Below are positions 30,207 through 41,035 of a DNA stretch of 64,000 bases, piece after piece (the stretch's first letter is position 1; every line of letters starts with the position of its first letter). Location of the stretch: the NCBI GenBank assembly GCA_963717185.1, contig CAVQVY010000024.1, forward strand, positions 65,057 to 129,056, given 5' to 3'. The notes below the pieces were generated by a model. That model was not told the DNA's origin and searched no databases. It saw only the letters and a list, made by a program, of their open reading frames with translations. The stretch is from Candidatus Dormiibacterota bacterium (GTDB lineage Bacteria; Chloroflexota; Dormibacteria; Aeolococcales; Aeolococcaceae). The translations under genes and the position numbers were made by a program.

Positions 30207-31465
30207 ATGGCCATCGAGTCCACCCAGACGTCGGACGCGGTCCGCCACCTGGACGCCTCGCTCCAGGAGGACCTCGACACCCTGCGCAACGAGGGCCTCT
30301 TCCGGCCGCTCCGAGTGCTCGAATCGCCGCAGATGGCCGAGGTGGTCATCGGCGGGCGGCGGCTGGTCAACCTCTCGTCGAACAACTACCTCGGCCTCAA
30401 CACCCACCCGCGCCTCATCGAGGCCGCCATCAAGGCGGCCGGGGAGTGGGGTGCGGGCAGCGGCGCCGTGCGCACCATCGCTGGGACGCAGTCGATCCAC
30501 GAGGAGCTGGAGGCGCGGCTGGCCACCTTCAAGCACACCGAGGCCGCGCTGTGCTTCCAGAGCGGCTACACGGTCAACGTCGGCGTCATCGGCTCGATGC
30601 TCGAATCAGGCGACTGCGTGGTCAGCGACAAACTCAACCACGCCAGCATCATCGACGGGATCCGGCTCACCAAGGCCGACCGCATCCTCTACGAGCACTT
30701 CGACGTCGACGACGCTGAGCGCGCGCTGAAAGAGGCGCGCGACAAGGATACCGACGGATTCTGCTGATCACCGACGGCGTCTTCACATGGACGGCGACAT
30801 CGCTCCGCTGCCCGACCTCGTGGAGCGGGCCGAGCGCGTACGAGGCCGCGGTGATGGTCGACGATGCCCACGGCAGCGGGGTGCTGGGCCGCAACGGCCG
30901 TGGCAGCACCGATCATTTCGACCTGCATGGTCGCGTCGCGCTCAACATCGGCACGCTCAGCAAGGCCGTCGGTGTCGTCGGCGGCTACGTCGCCGCCTCA
31001 CAGTCGGTGCGCGATCACCTGATCCACAAGGCCCGGCCGTTCCTGTTTTCGTCCTCGCATCCACCGGCGGTGGTGATGGCGTGCATCGCCGCCATCGACG
31101 TGCTGGAACAGGAGCCGCAGCTCATCGAGCGCCTCTGGGTGAACGCCCGCTACTTCAAGAAGGGATTGTCGGAGCTGGGTTTCGACACCGGTCGCAGCGA
31201 GACGCCGATCACCCCGGTGATGTGCGGTGAGACTGCCCAGGCGATGGCGCTCAGCGACGCGCTGATGGAGCGCGGCGTCTTCGCGCAGGGGATCGGGTTC
31301 CCGACGGTGCCGCGCGGGCGGGCTCGGGTGCGCACCATCGTCACCGCCACGCACACCACCACTCAGCTCGACACCGCCCTGGCCGCGTTCGGAGAGTGCG
31401 GGCGGGCATCGGCCTCTCTGACCGCGAGCTCGCGTAACCCGAACGCGACCGAGGCTTGTGCCTGA
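30207..31465 (+). pseudogene. kbl: 2-amino-3-ketobutyrate CoA ligase (glycine C-acetyltransferase), at least three frame breaks
   Basis: The N-terminal half (NNYLGLNTHPRLIEAA...SDKLNHASIIDG) is in ORF 30117-30767. ILLITDGVF, MDGDIAPLPDLVERAER and YEAAVMVDDAHGSGVLG...TLSKA each lie in a different frame within 30745-30835. The C-terminal half is in ORF 30851-31465. Confidence 0.8.
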
Positions 31466-31495
31466 TGACTCCTCCGACAGCTGTGGCGGCCCTGA

Positions 31496-32072
31496 GTGGC
31501 TCATCGCAGCGCCGAAGAGCTGGAGGCGGAGCGCCTGATGATCGAGGCCGCGCAGCGTGACCGGGCGGCATTCGCGCCGCTCTACGAGCGCTACGTCGAC
31601 CAGATCTTCGCGTACGCACACACGTGACCAAGGAACAGGGAGCTCGCCGAGGACGTGACCGCCTCCACATTCGCCAAAGCCATCGAGGACCTGCCGCGCT
31701 TCCAATGGCGCGGGGTGCCGTACTCAGCGTGGCTGTACCGCGTCGCCGCCAACAGGTGGCGCGCCAGGCGCGCCGGCCTGCCTGGCTCGACCTCGATGAG
31801 CACAGCCGGCCGACGGCGAGCGCCGGAGCTAGATCGTCGAGCAGCGCGACCGCGAGGCCGACCGTGCGCGCCGCCGTCGCCACGCTTCCCGACGACCAGC
31901 GCCAGGCGGTGGTGCTCCGCTTCGGCGGCGAGCTCCGCAACCGCGAGATCGGCGAGATCATGGGTCGCAGCGAGGGCGCGGTGAAGCTGCTGACATTCCG
32001 GGCCATGACGGCACTGCGCCGCCAGCTCGGGCGCCACTGCCCGCGGAACGTTCGATGGAGGGACGACAGTGA
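31496..32072 (+). pseudogene. ECF-type sigma-70 factor with an in-frame TGA and at least two frameshifts
   Basis: Region 2 (RAAFAPLYERYVDQIFAYAH ... RELAEDVTASTFAKA...YSAWLYRVAAN) is interrupted by an in-frame TGA at 31625-31627. Region 4 (LPDDQRQAVVLRFGGELRNREIGEIMGRSEGAVKLLTFRAMTALRRQL) is in another frame. The last frame would end at TGA 32070-32072, overlapping the next GTG. Confidence 0.7.
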
Positions 32073-32411
32073 ACCCAGTGGACATCCTCGATCGCGCGCT
32101 GGAGACGGCGAGCGCCGCGGCGCGCGAGCGCGTCGGTCGCGCGGGCCTGCTCGAGGTCGCCACCGAGGTGGCCGAGGCCCTGGCGTCGGTGCGCCTCAGC
32201 CGCGCGGACCAGGACCGCATCTACGCGCGCTCGCTGGCCATGCTCGAGGCGGCGGTGGTCGAGCAGCGCAAGCGGGTGGCAGCGGACGCTTCGGTTGCGC
32301 CGTCCGGCGCCGGTCCTCGTCGGCGGAGCGGCCGCGCTCGCCATCGGCGCAGCGGCGCTCGGCTGGGCGGTGCTCCACGGCCGCCGCTCGCACGCGCCCG
32401 TCGCCGCCTGA
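32069..32411 (+). pseudogene. Putative anti-sigma factor (single TM), one frameshift
   Basis: GTG 32069 overlaps the proposed sigma stop. The N-terminal helical part is in one frame. The TM segment PVLVGGAAALAIGAAALGWAVL followed by a stop at 32409-32411 is in the +1 frame. Confidence 0.4.
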
Positions 32412-32630
32412 GCGTTCGACGCTCCTGCGGTACCGTTGGCGCATGGCCGGCCCCGATCGCGACACCCGACGAGCTCAGCGCGCGTGAGCAGGCGCGGCTG
32501 CGGGCGCGCGACCGCAAGGGCACGACGCAAGATGGTGGTCGACAACGCGGGCGTGAAGCGCACCGCGCTGGCCCTGGCCCGGCGCCGCGCCGCGCGAACC
32601 GTCGCCCCCGGCGAGGGACGGCGAACCGCG

Positions 32631-33981
32631 CTAGCCGCCGACCTCGTCGTCGCGGCGCACCCGCGCGGCGGTGGCGGCGAGCAGCATCGGGTTGGCCGCC
32701 TCGTCGTCGACAGGCAGGTCGTGTGTCGATGGCGAGCCGGCGCTCGCGAATCGCCGCGGACGGCGCCTCGAACACGACCTTGACCGCGCCCATGGCCTCA
32801 CCGGCCGCGGCGGTGGCGATCGCGGTGGCAAAGGCTTCCAGCGGGTAGCGGTGGGTGACCAGGCTGTCGGCGGGGAACGACGGGTCCATCAGCCATTCGC
32901 GGACCGCAGCGAACGTCCGCCATCCGGCCGGCTCGCGGCCGAACCCGCCGCTTCCGGCGATGGTCAGCTCGCGTGACCACACCGCGGACCAGTCCACCTC
33001 GAGACGCCCGGCGCGCCCCGCGACCACGATCGTGCCTCCCGAGCGGAGTAGGCGCAGCCCCAGCGACACGCTGGCAGCTGTCCCGCGGCAGTCGATGACC
33101 CCGTCCAGTCCCCGGTCCAGCACGGGCAGGTCGTCGCCGGCTGAGATCATCCGGCGCGCCCCGACCAGCTCGGCAGTGCGGTCGAGGAGCTGGGCGGGGC
33201 TGCCCCGCCAGACCCGGGCCGCGCCCAGCGCCTCGAGGGCGCGCGCGATGCTGGTCTCGTCGACGGAGAGGTGGGCGGGCAGCTTGCGCCGCCGCCGGCC
33301 CGTCCGCTGCGGACCGCGCGCGTCGACCATCACCGTGATGTCGACGTCCGGGTGGAGCCGGCACAACGCCGCGACAACCAGCCGCGTGGTGGTGCCGGAG
33401 CCGATGACCGCGACCCGGTCCCCGCGCCTGTTCCAGCGGAGCACGGCGTGGATCGCCGAGGCGAGGGAGACGCCCAGCACGCCGCGCTGGTCGGAGATCC
33501 CGTCGGCGGGGATGAGCATCTCCTCGTGGGCGAGCACGCCCTCGGACCAACCGCCGCCGGACGCCAGGCCGCCGTCGGCGGCGGGGCCGAGCTGGCTGAG
33601 CCGGTCACGGTTCTCGCACAGCTCCGCCTCGCCGGCCGCACAGCGCGCGCAGGTGGGGAAGCCACGGATCAGGCAGCCGGCGTTGGGCTCGACGAGCACG
33701 CGCTGACCTTCCCGGACCCAGCGGGTGCCGTTGACCTCCTCCACGACACCGACCACCTCGCAGCCCGGCACCATCGGGAGCGGCCGCCTCGCTCCCATCG
33801 CGGGCAGGCCGCGGTCGGCGCCGAGCAGGGCGAGGTCACGGGCGTTGATCCCCGCCAGCGCCGGACGGATCAGTGCCCACCCGGGGGCAGGGGGAACAGG
33901 CCGAGCGATGTCACGCAGGTGGAGAGCGGGCGCCGAGTCACCCCGCCGGGCCGGGTCGGCGTCGAGCACGAGGGCGCGCAT
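32631..33981 (-). pseudogene. Zinc-type medium-chain dehydrogenase/reductase (MDR) family protein, 3' end shifted
   Basis: MRALVLD...MVPGCEVVGVVEEV...C..C..G...C motifs lie inside the 950-aa ORF. After ...KVVFEAPSAAIRE, GC3 bias moves to another frame that stops at 32631-32633. The in-frame continuation to 32221 has poor codon bias. Confidence 0.65.
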
Positions 33982-34077
33982 GGGGGCGTCGCCGCCGTCA
34001 AGGACGGTGAGGGCATCTGGTGTCACGGTCCGCAAAGATACCGCCGCGCGCATACCGGGGCGGCAGAATACCCGCAG

Positions 34078-35166
34078 ATGAGCGCGAGCCAGCCCCCGCC
34101 GCCGCCTCCTCCACCGCCGCCCGGGGGCTGGCCGCAGCCGCCCGGATGGGCCGTCCCGTCGGGCGCCCCACCGCCGCCGTGGGGCCCCCCGCCGGGCGGG
34201 CAGGCCTTCGGAGGCCCCCCACCGGGGTGGGGCTGGCAGGCGCAGCCGGCGCTGCCGGGATCGGGACGATTCCGTGCCCAGGCCGTCGGCGAGCTGCTCG
34301 ACTCCGCCTTCACCCTGTACCGGCGCAACGTCCGGCTGATCCTCTCGATCACAGCGGTCGTCCAGCTGCCGCTCGCCGTGTTCAGCTACGTCGCCTACCA
34401 GCTCACCGGGATCAGCAGCGCCACCACCCGGCTGCAGCAGCTCAGCGCCAACGGCGCGGTCACTCCGCAGCAGCTCTCCAACGTCACCTCGACACTGTTC
34501 ACGCTGCTGGCGGTGGTGATCGGCATCGCGCTGGTCCAGGCCCTCGTGGTGCAGCCGATCGCCACCGCGGCGATGACCCGAGCGGTCGGCGACATCTACC
34601 TCGACCAGCCGGCCAGCCTCGGCGGCGCCTACCGTGCGGTCGGACAGAGGCTGGGTGCGGTGGTGGGCGTGTCGATGCTGCTCTTCGGCTTCGGCATCGC
34701 CCTGTTCGCGGTAGGCTTCGCGCTGGTCGCGGGCGCCGTGTACGCGTTCGGCTCGAGCGGGGCGGCGATGCTGGTGATCGTGATCCCGGTGGTCGTCTTC
34801 GTGGCGATCCTCGTGTACACGCGCTGGCTGTTCGCCGCACCCATCGTCATGCTCGAGCGCGTTGGCGCAACCGCCGCCTTGCGGCGCAGCTGGCAGCTGG
34901 TGCGCGGTTCGACGCCACGCGTGTTCGGGATCACCCTGCTCGTCGGGCTGATCACCGGCATCCTCGGCGCCATCGTGGGGGCGCTGCTCAACGTGGTCAC
35001 CCAGTTCGGCGACGAGAACATCCGGCTGCTGCTGACCCAGCTCGCGTCCCTGGTCGTGGCCGTGCTCATCCAACCGATCAGCTTCATCGTCGTGGTCCTT
35101 CTCTACTACGACCTCCGGATCCGCAGAGAGGCCTTCGACATCGAGATGCTCGCGGCCAACATCTGA
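34078..35166 (+). CDS. Polytopic membrane protein with poly-Pro N-terminus (GDPD-membrane-domain-like, tentative)
   Basis: MSASQPPPPPPPPPPGGW... then 6-7 TM helices. The C-terminal VLLYYDLRIRREAFDIEMLA is typical of this membrane-domain family. First gene of a coupled five-gene cluster. Confidence 0.6.
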   Translation: MSASQPPPPPPPPPPGGWPQPPGWAVPSGAPPPPWGPPPGGQAFGGPPPGWGWQAQPALPGSGRFRAQAVGELLDSAFTLYRRNVRLILSITAVVQLPLAVFSYVAYQLTGISSATTRLQQLSANGAVTPQQLSNVTSTLFTLLAVVIGIALVQALVVQPIATAAMTRAVGDIYLDQPASLGGAYRAVGQRLGAVVGVSMLLFGFGIALFAVGFALVAGAVYAFGSSGAAMLVIVIPVVVFVAILVYTRWLFAAPIVMLERVGATAALRRSWQLVRGSTPRVFGITLLVGLITGILGAIVGALLNVVTQFGDENIRLLLTQLASLVVAVLIQPISFIVVVLLYYDLRIRREAFDIEMLAANI

Positions 35167-36098
35167 TGCGCGCTGTCCGGTGGCCGGCGGGCCTGCTGCT
35201 CGCGTCCGCCCTGGTCGCCGTCACCGCGTCGGCAGCGCAGGCGGCGGCCTGTCCGGCGCTCGACTACCAGGCGGGGCTGGAGGCGGCGGCCTCGTCTCTT
35301 CAGCGCACGCCTCCCGACGTCGCCGGCGCCCAGCGCCAGGTCAGCGCGCTGGTGGCCGCCGACCCGGGCAGCACCGTCGCGCTGCAGGGGGTGCTCGCCG
35401 ACCTGGCCTCCACGCCACCGGAGGTCGACGATGCTGAGCTGCGCCTGTCATCCATGGGCGCGACGCTGGCGTACCCGCACGGCTCGGTGTGCAACGAGAA
35501 CGCCGATGCCGCTCGCGGCGCACTGCACGACGTGTACGCGTCGCCGGACTTCCGCAACCTCGACCAGGTCCAGCAGCCGGGCCTTCTCGAGACCATCTTC
35601 AACGCCATCTCCAGCCTGCTCAGCCGTGGCGCGGGTGCGCTCGGCGCGCTCGGGGGCGCCCTGCTGGCAGCCGCCGTGCTGGCCGTCTGCCTGCTGCTGG
35701 TGTGGCGGCGCTGGCACGGCTCGGCTGCGCTCCGAGGCGCGCGCGTCGACGAACCCGCGACTGCCGGTGACGACCCCGACGCGGAGTGGCGCGCGGCCGA
35801 GCGGGCCGCCGCCGCCGGTGAGCACCGCGAGGCGGTGCGGCGGGCGTTCCGCTCGGCGCTGCTCGAGGTGGCGGTGCGGGGGCGGGTGCGCATCGACGCG
35901 GCGTGGACGACGCGCGAGCTGCTCCAACGTGTCGACGCGAGTGGCGACGTGCTTCTCGCCCTCGCGGCTGCTGCCACCCTGTTCGAGCGCGCCTGGTACT
36001 CCGGCGTGGCGGTGACGCGCGACGACTGGGTGCGCGCGCAGGAGCGCTGCTCCGCCGTGCGACAGCTGGCCCGGGGTGCCGGGGCGCCGGCGCCGTGA
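35166..36098 (+). CDS. DUF4129 domain protein
   Basis: Signal/anchor, a central TM, and the C-terminal motif AWTTRELLQRV...LFERAWYSG characteristic of DUF4129. The ATG overlaps the upstream stop (TGATG). Confidence 0.7.
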   Translation: MRAVRWPAGLLLASALVAVTASAAQAAACPALDYQAGLEAAASSLQRTPPDVAGAQRQVSALVAADPGSTVALQGVLADLASTPPEVDDAELRLSSMGATLAYPHGSVCNENADAARGALHDVYASPDFRNLDQVQQPGLLETIFNAISSLLSRGAGALGALGGALLAAAVLAVCLLLVWRRWHGSAALRGARVDEPATAGDDPDAEWRAAERAAAAGEHREAVRRAFRSALLEVAVRGRVRIDAAWTTRELLQRVDASGDVLLALAAAATLFERAWYSGVAVTRDDWVRAQERCSAVRQLARGAGAPAP

Positions 36099-37264
36099 GG
36101 CGCTCGCTCGCCGGGTACTCGGTGGCCGTGGGTGCGCTGATCCTCACGCTGGTCGTGCTCGTGGTGGGCACGGCGCCGCCGAACCAGGACGACGACCCGT
36201 CGTCACGCGCCGCCGGCAAGGCGGGGACGCTGGCGCTGTATCGATGGCTCGGGGAACCTCGGGTTCAGCGTTCATCGCATCAGCGGTCAGTTCGACACGT
36301 CGGGGTCGGACGTGATCCTCATCGTCGACCCCCGCACGCCGATCAGCGACAGCGACGCCGCCGGCGTCATGCAGGCCATGGCGCAGGGAGCCGACCTCGT
36401 CCTGGCAGTCTCGCCCGAGAGTGAGGCCGGCGCCGCGGCGCTGCTGCTCCGGCTGCGCGTCAGCCTCACCGGCGGGCGTGCTGCGGGCAACTCCGTGCCC
36501 GCCCAGCCGATCGACGCTGGTGACCGTGTCCACCACGTGCCCATGGCCGGGGGCAGCGCGATCGACCCGGCGCCGTACCTGACCCCGCTGCTCATCCAGT
36601 CCGGGGCGCTGACGGCCGTCGCCGAACAGGTGTCCGGTCGGGGGCCGGGCGTACGTGCTCACATCGGCGTTCCCACTGAGCAACGACGGGCTGCGCAGGT
36701 CGGACTCCTCGACGCTGGTGCTGTCGATGCTGGAGCGCGCCCGCGGGGGTGCGATCGGCTTCGACGAGTACCACCACGGCGAGGTCAGCGCCGCGGCCGA
36801 TGGTGCGGCCGCCGTGTTCGAGAGCCCGCTCGGGCTCGCGCTCCTGCTCTGCGTCGCCTCGATCCTGGTGTTCCTCGTGCTCAGCGGGCGACGGCTCGGA
36901 CGCCCCCTGGCCGGCCATGACGTCGCGCTCGTCCCCACCACCGCCTCGTACATCGACGCGATGGCCGGGCTCTACGCGCGGAGCCGCGACCGCGGTGCAG
37001 TGGCCGGCCGCTACGGCGATGAGCTGCGGGAGCGGCTCAGCTCCGGGGCGCCTGCTCGACCGGGACCGGACGGGGACGCCGACTTCGTGACGGCGTTGCG
37101 CATCATCCGTCCCGAGCTGGCCGGGGAGGTCGCCTGCCGTCCTCCAGCGCGCCAGGGCGCTCGCCGAGGCACGGCCTGACGCCGGCGCGCTGCTGTCCCT
37201 TGCCCACGACGTCGACGAGCCTCGAGAGGCGCTGGGCGGAGCCGGCCACGGTCGCCACGGCACA

Positions 37265-37268
<4 letters not shown>
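36095..37268 (+). pseudogene. DUF4350 domain protein, at least four frame breaks
   Basis: GTLALYRWLGNLGF, DVILIVDPRTPISDSDAAGVMQ, AYVLTSAFPLSNDGL...GAIGFDEYHHG and the tail ...LERRWAEPATVATAQ lie in alternating frames. The first two breaks sit at G4 36251-36254 and G5 36640-36644. The GTG start overlaps the DUF4129 stop and the stop overlaps the moxR ATG. Confidence 0.65.
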
Positions 37269-38220
<952 letters not shown>

Positions 38221-38224
<4 letters not shown>

Positions 38225-39507
38225 CCCGCCGCGCGCTGGCGCTCCTCATCGCCCCACTCCTGGTGGTGGCTCTGGGCGCCGCCACGGGGGCCCTGCTCGT
38301 GCCGGGTCTGGTGCTGTTCGGGGTGGCGGGGGTGCTGGTGCTGGTCGACGCGCGCAGCGCGCCGGGTCCGGGGACCGTCGTTGTCGAGCGTCACCTCGAC
38401 CGCCTGTTCTCGGTGGGCGCCGCCAACCCCGTGACCCTCTCGGTGCGCGCGCCCCACACGGCGTCACTCGTCCTCCGCGACGACGCGCCGCCGGCAATGC
38501 TGGCGTCGGCGCAGCACATGACGCTGAACGGCGCAGGACAGGCCTCGTACACGCTGACACCCAGAGCGCGCGGCGAGTCGACGTTCGGACAGGTGCACGT
38601 TCGCTCCGTGGGCCCCTGGGGGCTCGGCACGCGAGACTTCACGGGCGCGGAGCCGGTGACGGTGCGCGTCGACGCCGACATCTCTGCGGTGCGCGTGTAC
38701 GAGGCGCTCGCCAGGCGCGGCCAGCTCGAAGAGCTGGGCATGCGGACGCTGCGCCGGCACGGTGAGGGGACGGAGTTCGAACGCGTGCGCGAGGCCGTGC
38801 CCGACGACCCGCTGCGCTACATCAACTGGCGCGCCACCGCCCGCACCGGCCGGCTGATGACCACCGAGCTCTCGCCCGAACGCGACCAGCCGGTGATCGC
38901 CTGTCTCGACCACGGGCGGCTCATGGGCGTCGGCGCCGGCCCGCTCACCAAGTTCGACCACGCCATCAACGCGGCGCTGCTGCTTCTCCACGTCGCGCTG
39001 CGTACCGGCGACCGCGCCGGGCTGGTGGCGTTCGCCGACGGGGTGACCGCGACCGTCGAGCCCCGCACCGGCTCTGCCCAGCTGCGCCGGCTGCTGGACG
39101 CCATCGGCCCGCTGCAACCCGGCGAGATCGAGTCCGACTACACCGCCTCGCTGACCGAGGTGCGTATCCGGCAGCGACGGCGCGCGCTCATCGCCATCTT
39201 CACCGACATCGTCGACCGCGACCAGGCAGCAGCGCTCATCGACCAGTGTGCGCTGCTGCGCCGCCGCCACCTGCCGCTGGTGATCAGCGTGCGCGACCCC
39301 GCAGTCGTCGACATCGCCCGTTCCCACCCGACGACCGCCTCGGAGGTGTACGCGCGGGCCGTGGCCGCCGGCATCGAAGCCGACCGCGCCGACGCGCTCC
39401 GCCTGCTGCGCGCCGGGGGGGTCGACGTCATCGACGCCGACGCGCGCTCGCTGTCGCCGCGACTGGTCAACCGCTACCTCGAGCTCAAGCGCCGCGCCGC
39501 GCTGTGA
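38221..39507 (+). CDS. DUF58 (vWA-like) domain protein
   Basis: [22 protein letters not shown]...[11 protein letters not shown] is the DUF58 signature. Two N-terminal TM helices. The GTG start overlaps the moxR stop (GTGA). Confidence 0.85.
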
Positions 39508-39520
39508 GTGGGCGGGGGCG

Positions 39521-40045
39521 CTAGTCCTCGCGAACCACGTACGTCCCCGCGATCCGGTCGTGCCAGCCCTGCTTGCGGGGGTCGAAGGCGGCCCAGATGA
39601 GCCCGAGCGCGAACGGGATGGCGGAGATGACGAAGCCCACCCAACGGATCACCGCCTTGCCGATGTCGATGCGCTCGCCGTCGAGCGCGTTGACCACGCT
39701 CATGCCGAGCGCCTTCTGCCCCAACGAGCCGCCCAGCAGCGACCAGGTCAGCACCCAGTAGAAACCGAGCACCACGAAGCCGAGCCACGAGCCGATGTAG
39801 CTCGTGCCCGACGCGCAGCTGTTGGCGTCGACGCGGCAGCTGTACCCGGTACCCGTCGCAACGTTGACGACGCCACCGATGATGCCGATCGGGATGACGT
39901 CGATGAGGTACGACGCGAAGCGGATCCAGAAGCCCGCGTACTGCAGGCTGGGAGCGGGCCCGGGAGGTGGCTGGTCGGGCGGCGGTGGTGGGCCACCGGG
40001 CGGCGGAGGGGGCGCGCCGGGCAGCGGCGCGGGCGTGCTGGACAC
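39521..40045 (-). CDS. RDD family membrane protein with Pro-rich N-terminus
   Basis: YAGFWIRFASYLIDVIPIG...GQKALGMSVV...WHDRIAGTYVV matches the RDD-domain pattern. N-terminus is PLPGAPPPPPGGPPPPPDQPPPGP. Confidence 0.75.
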   Translation of the reverse strand: MSSTPAPLPGAPPPPPGGPPPPPDQPPPGPAPSLQYAGFWIRFASYLIDVIPIGIIGGVVNVATGTGYSCRVDANSCASGTSYIGSWLGFVVLGFYWVLTWSLLGGSLGQKALGMSVVNALDGERIDIGKAVIRWVGFVISAIPFALGLIWAAFDPRKQGWHDRIAGTYVVRED

Positions 40046-40071
40046 GTGGACTCCCTGGGGCGGAGGCGAGC

Positions 40072-40518
40072 TCAGCCGGCCGGTCTCGCGAAGACCGCCT
40101 TGGTCTCCGCGTCGAACTGCAGATAGTAGATGGCGATGGCGGCGAGGATCACCCGGATGCCCGCCTGCAGGGGGTCGGCCAGTGAGAGAAGGCCGAGCAC
40201 GATCGAGGCGTACTCGTAGGCGAGCACACCGAACCGGGCGCGCCGCGACAGGTTGCCGAGCAGCATCCCGCCCCAGATGAGCAGGGCTGACACGGCCACC
40301 ACGATGACACCGATGGCGATGATCAGCGCTGCCCCACCCACGCCCTGCAGGTTGAGCGCGGTCGCGAACGCGGCGCCCCCGAAGACCAGGAGGCCGCCGT
40401 TGAGCAGGCCGAGGGCACCCTGGACGTAGGCGATGACGCGCGTGGTGCGGAGTTCCTGCGGCAGCTCCACCGGGTGCGAGGGCACGCTCAGCCCCCGGTT
40501 CGCGCGTCCTCCCGCCAT
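40072..40518 (-). CDS. Small four-TM membrane protein (paralog A)
   Basis: 148 aa with four hydrophobic helices. Start set at ATG 40518. Similar size and topology to the adjacent gene 40553-40984. Confidence 0.5.
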   Translation of the reverse strand: MAGGRANRGLSVPSHPVELPQELRTTRVIAYVQGALGLLNGGLLVFGGAAFATALNLQGVGGAALIIAIGVIVVAVSALLIWGGMLLGNLSRRARFGVLAYEYASIVLGLLSLADPLQAGIRVILAAIAIYYLQFDAETKAVFARPAG

Positions 40519-40552
40519 CGCGGCAGTGTAGGAGACACGACGCCGCGGCCGG

Positions 40553-40984
40553 TCAGGCCTGCGCCGGCCCGTCGAGTGCTCGCTGCGTCTCGGGGACGAA
40601 CAGCAGGGTGAGGATGGCCACGTACAACGCCACGTTGATGACCGTCGACAGCGACAGGTCGAAGGCGCGGAAGAGCTGCAGTGCGGCGAGGAACACCTGC
40701 ATGCTGACGATCGCCGGTCGCGCCCACGGCGCCAGCCTGCCAAGCGCGATGCCGAGCCAGGTGAGCGCCGCCGCCGCGATGACGTAGACCACGCCGAGGA
40801 TCGCCGCACCGTTGCCACTGAGGGTGCCGTCGTGGAACGGGAGCGAATAGCTGCCGCCCAGCAGTACCGCGGTGAGGAGCACGAACGCGCCGCCGAAGAG
40901 CGTGTACGCGGCCTGGGCCCACACCAGCGAGCGGCACAGGCGCAGCGTCACGGGCAGGTCGCGCGGCGCGAAGCTGAACGGCAC
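40553..40984 (-). CDS. Small four-TM membrane protein (paralog B)
   Basis: 143 aa with the same helix spacing as 40072-40518. Both have a conserved aromatic/Gly-rich first helix and end in a polar tail. Confidence 0.5.
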   Translation of the reverse strand: MPFSFAPRDLPVTLRLCRSLVWAQAAYTLFGGAFVLLTAVLLGGSYSLPFHDGTLSGNGAAILGVVYVIAAAALTWLGIALGRLAPWARPAIVSMQVFLAALQLFRAFDLSLSTVINVALYVAILTLLFVPETQRALDGPAQA

Positions 40985-41035
40985 GGCCGGATCGTACCCC
41001 GGGGTGCGCGCCGTCGACGGCCGGTAACCGACCTG

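Noticed and set aside
32221-35073. A 950-aa minus-strand ORF, the longest in the window.
   Set aside because: It is a composite. Only 32631-33981 looks coding (MDR dehydrogenase motifs and GC3 bias). The part above 33981 is antisense to the well-supported plus-strand gene at 34078-35166. The part below about 32740 has poor codon bias. Long stop-free antisense frames are expected at this GC content.
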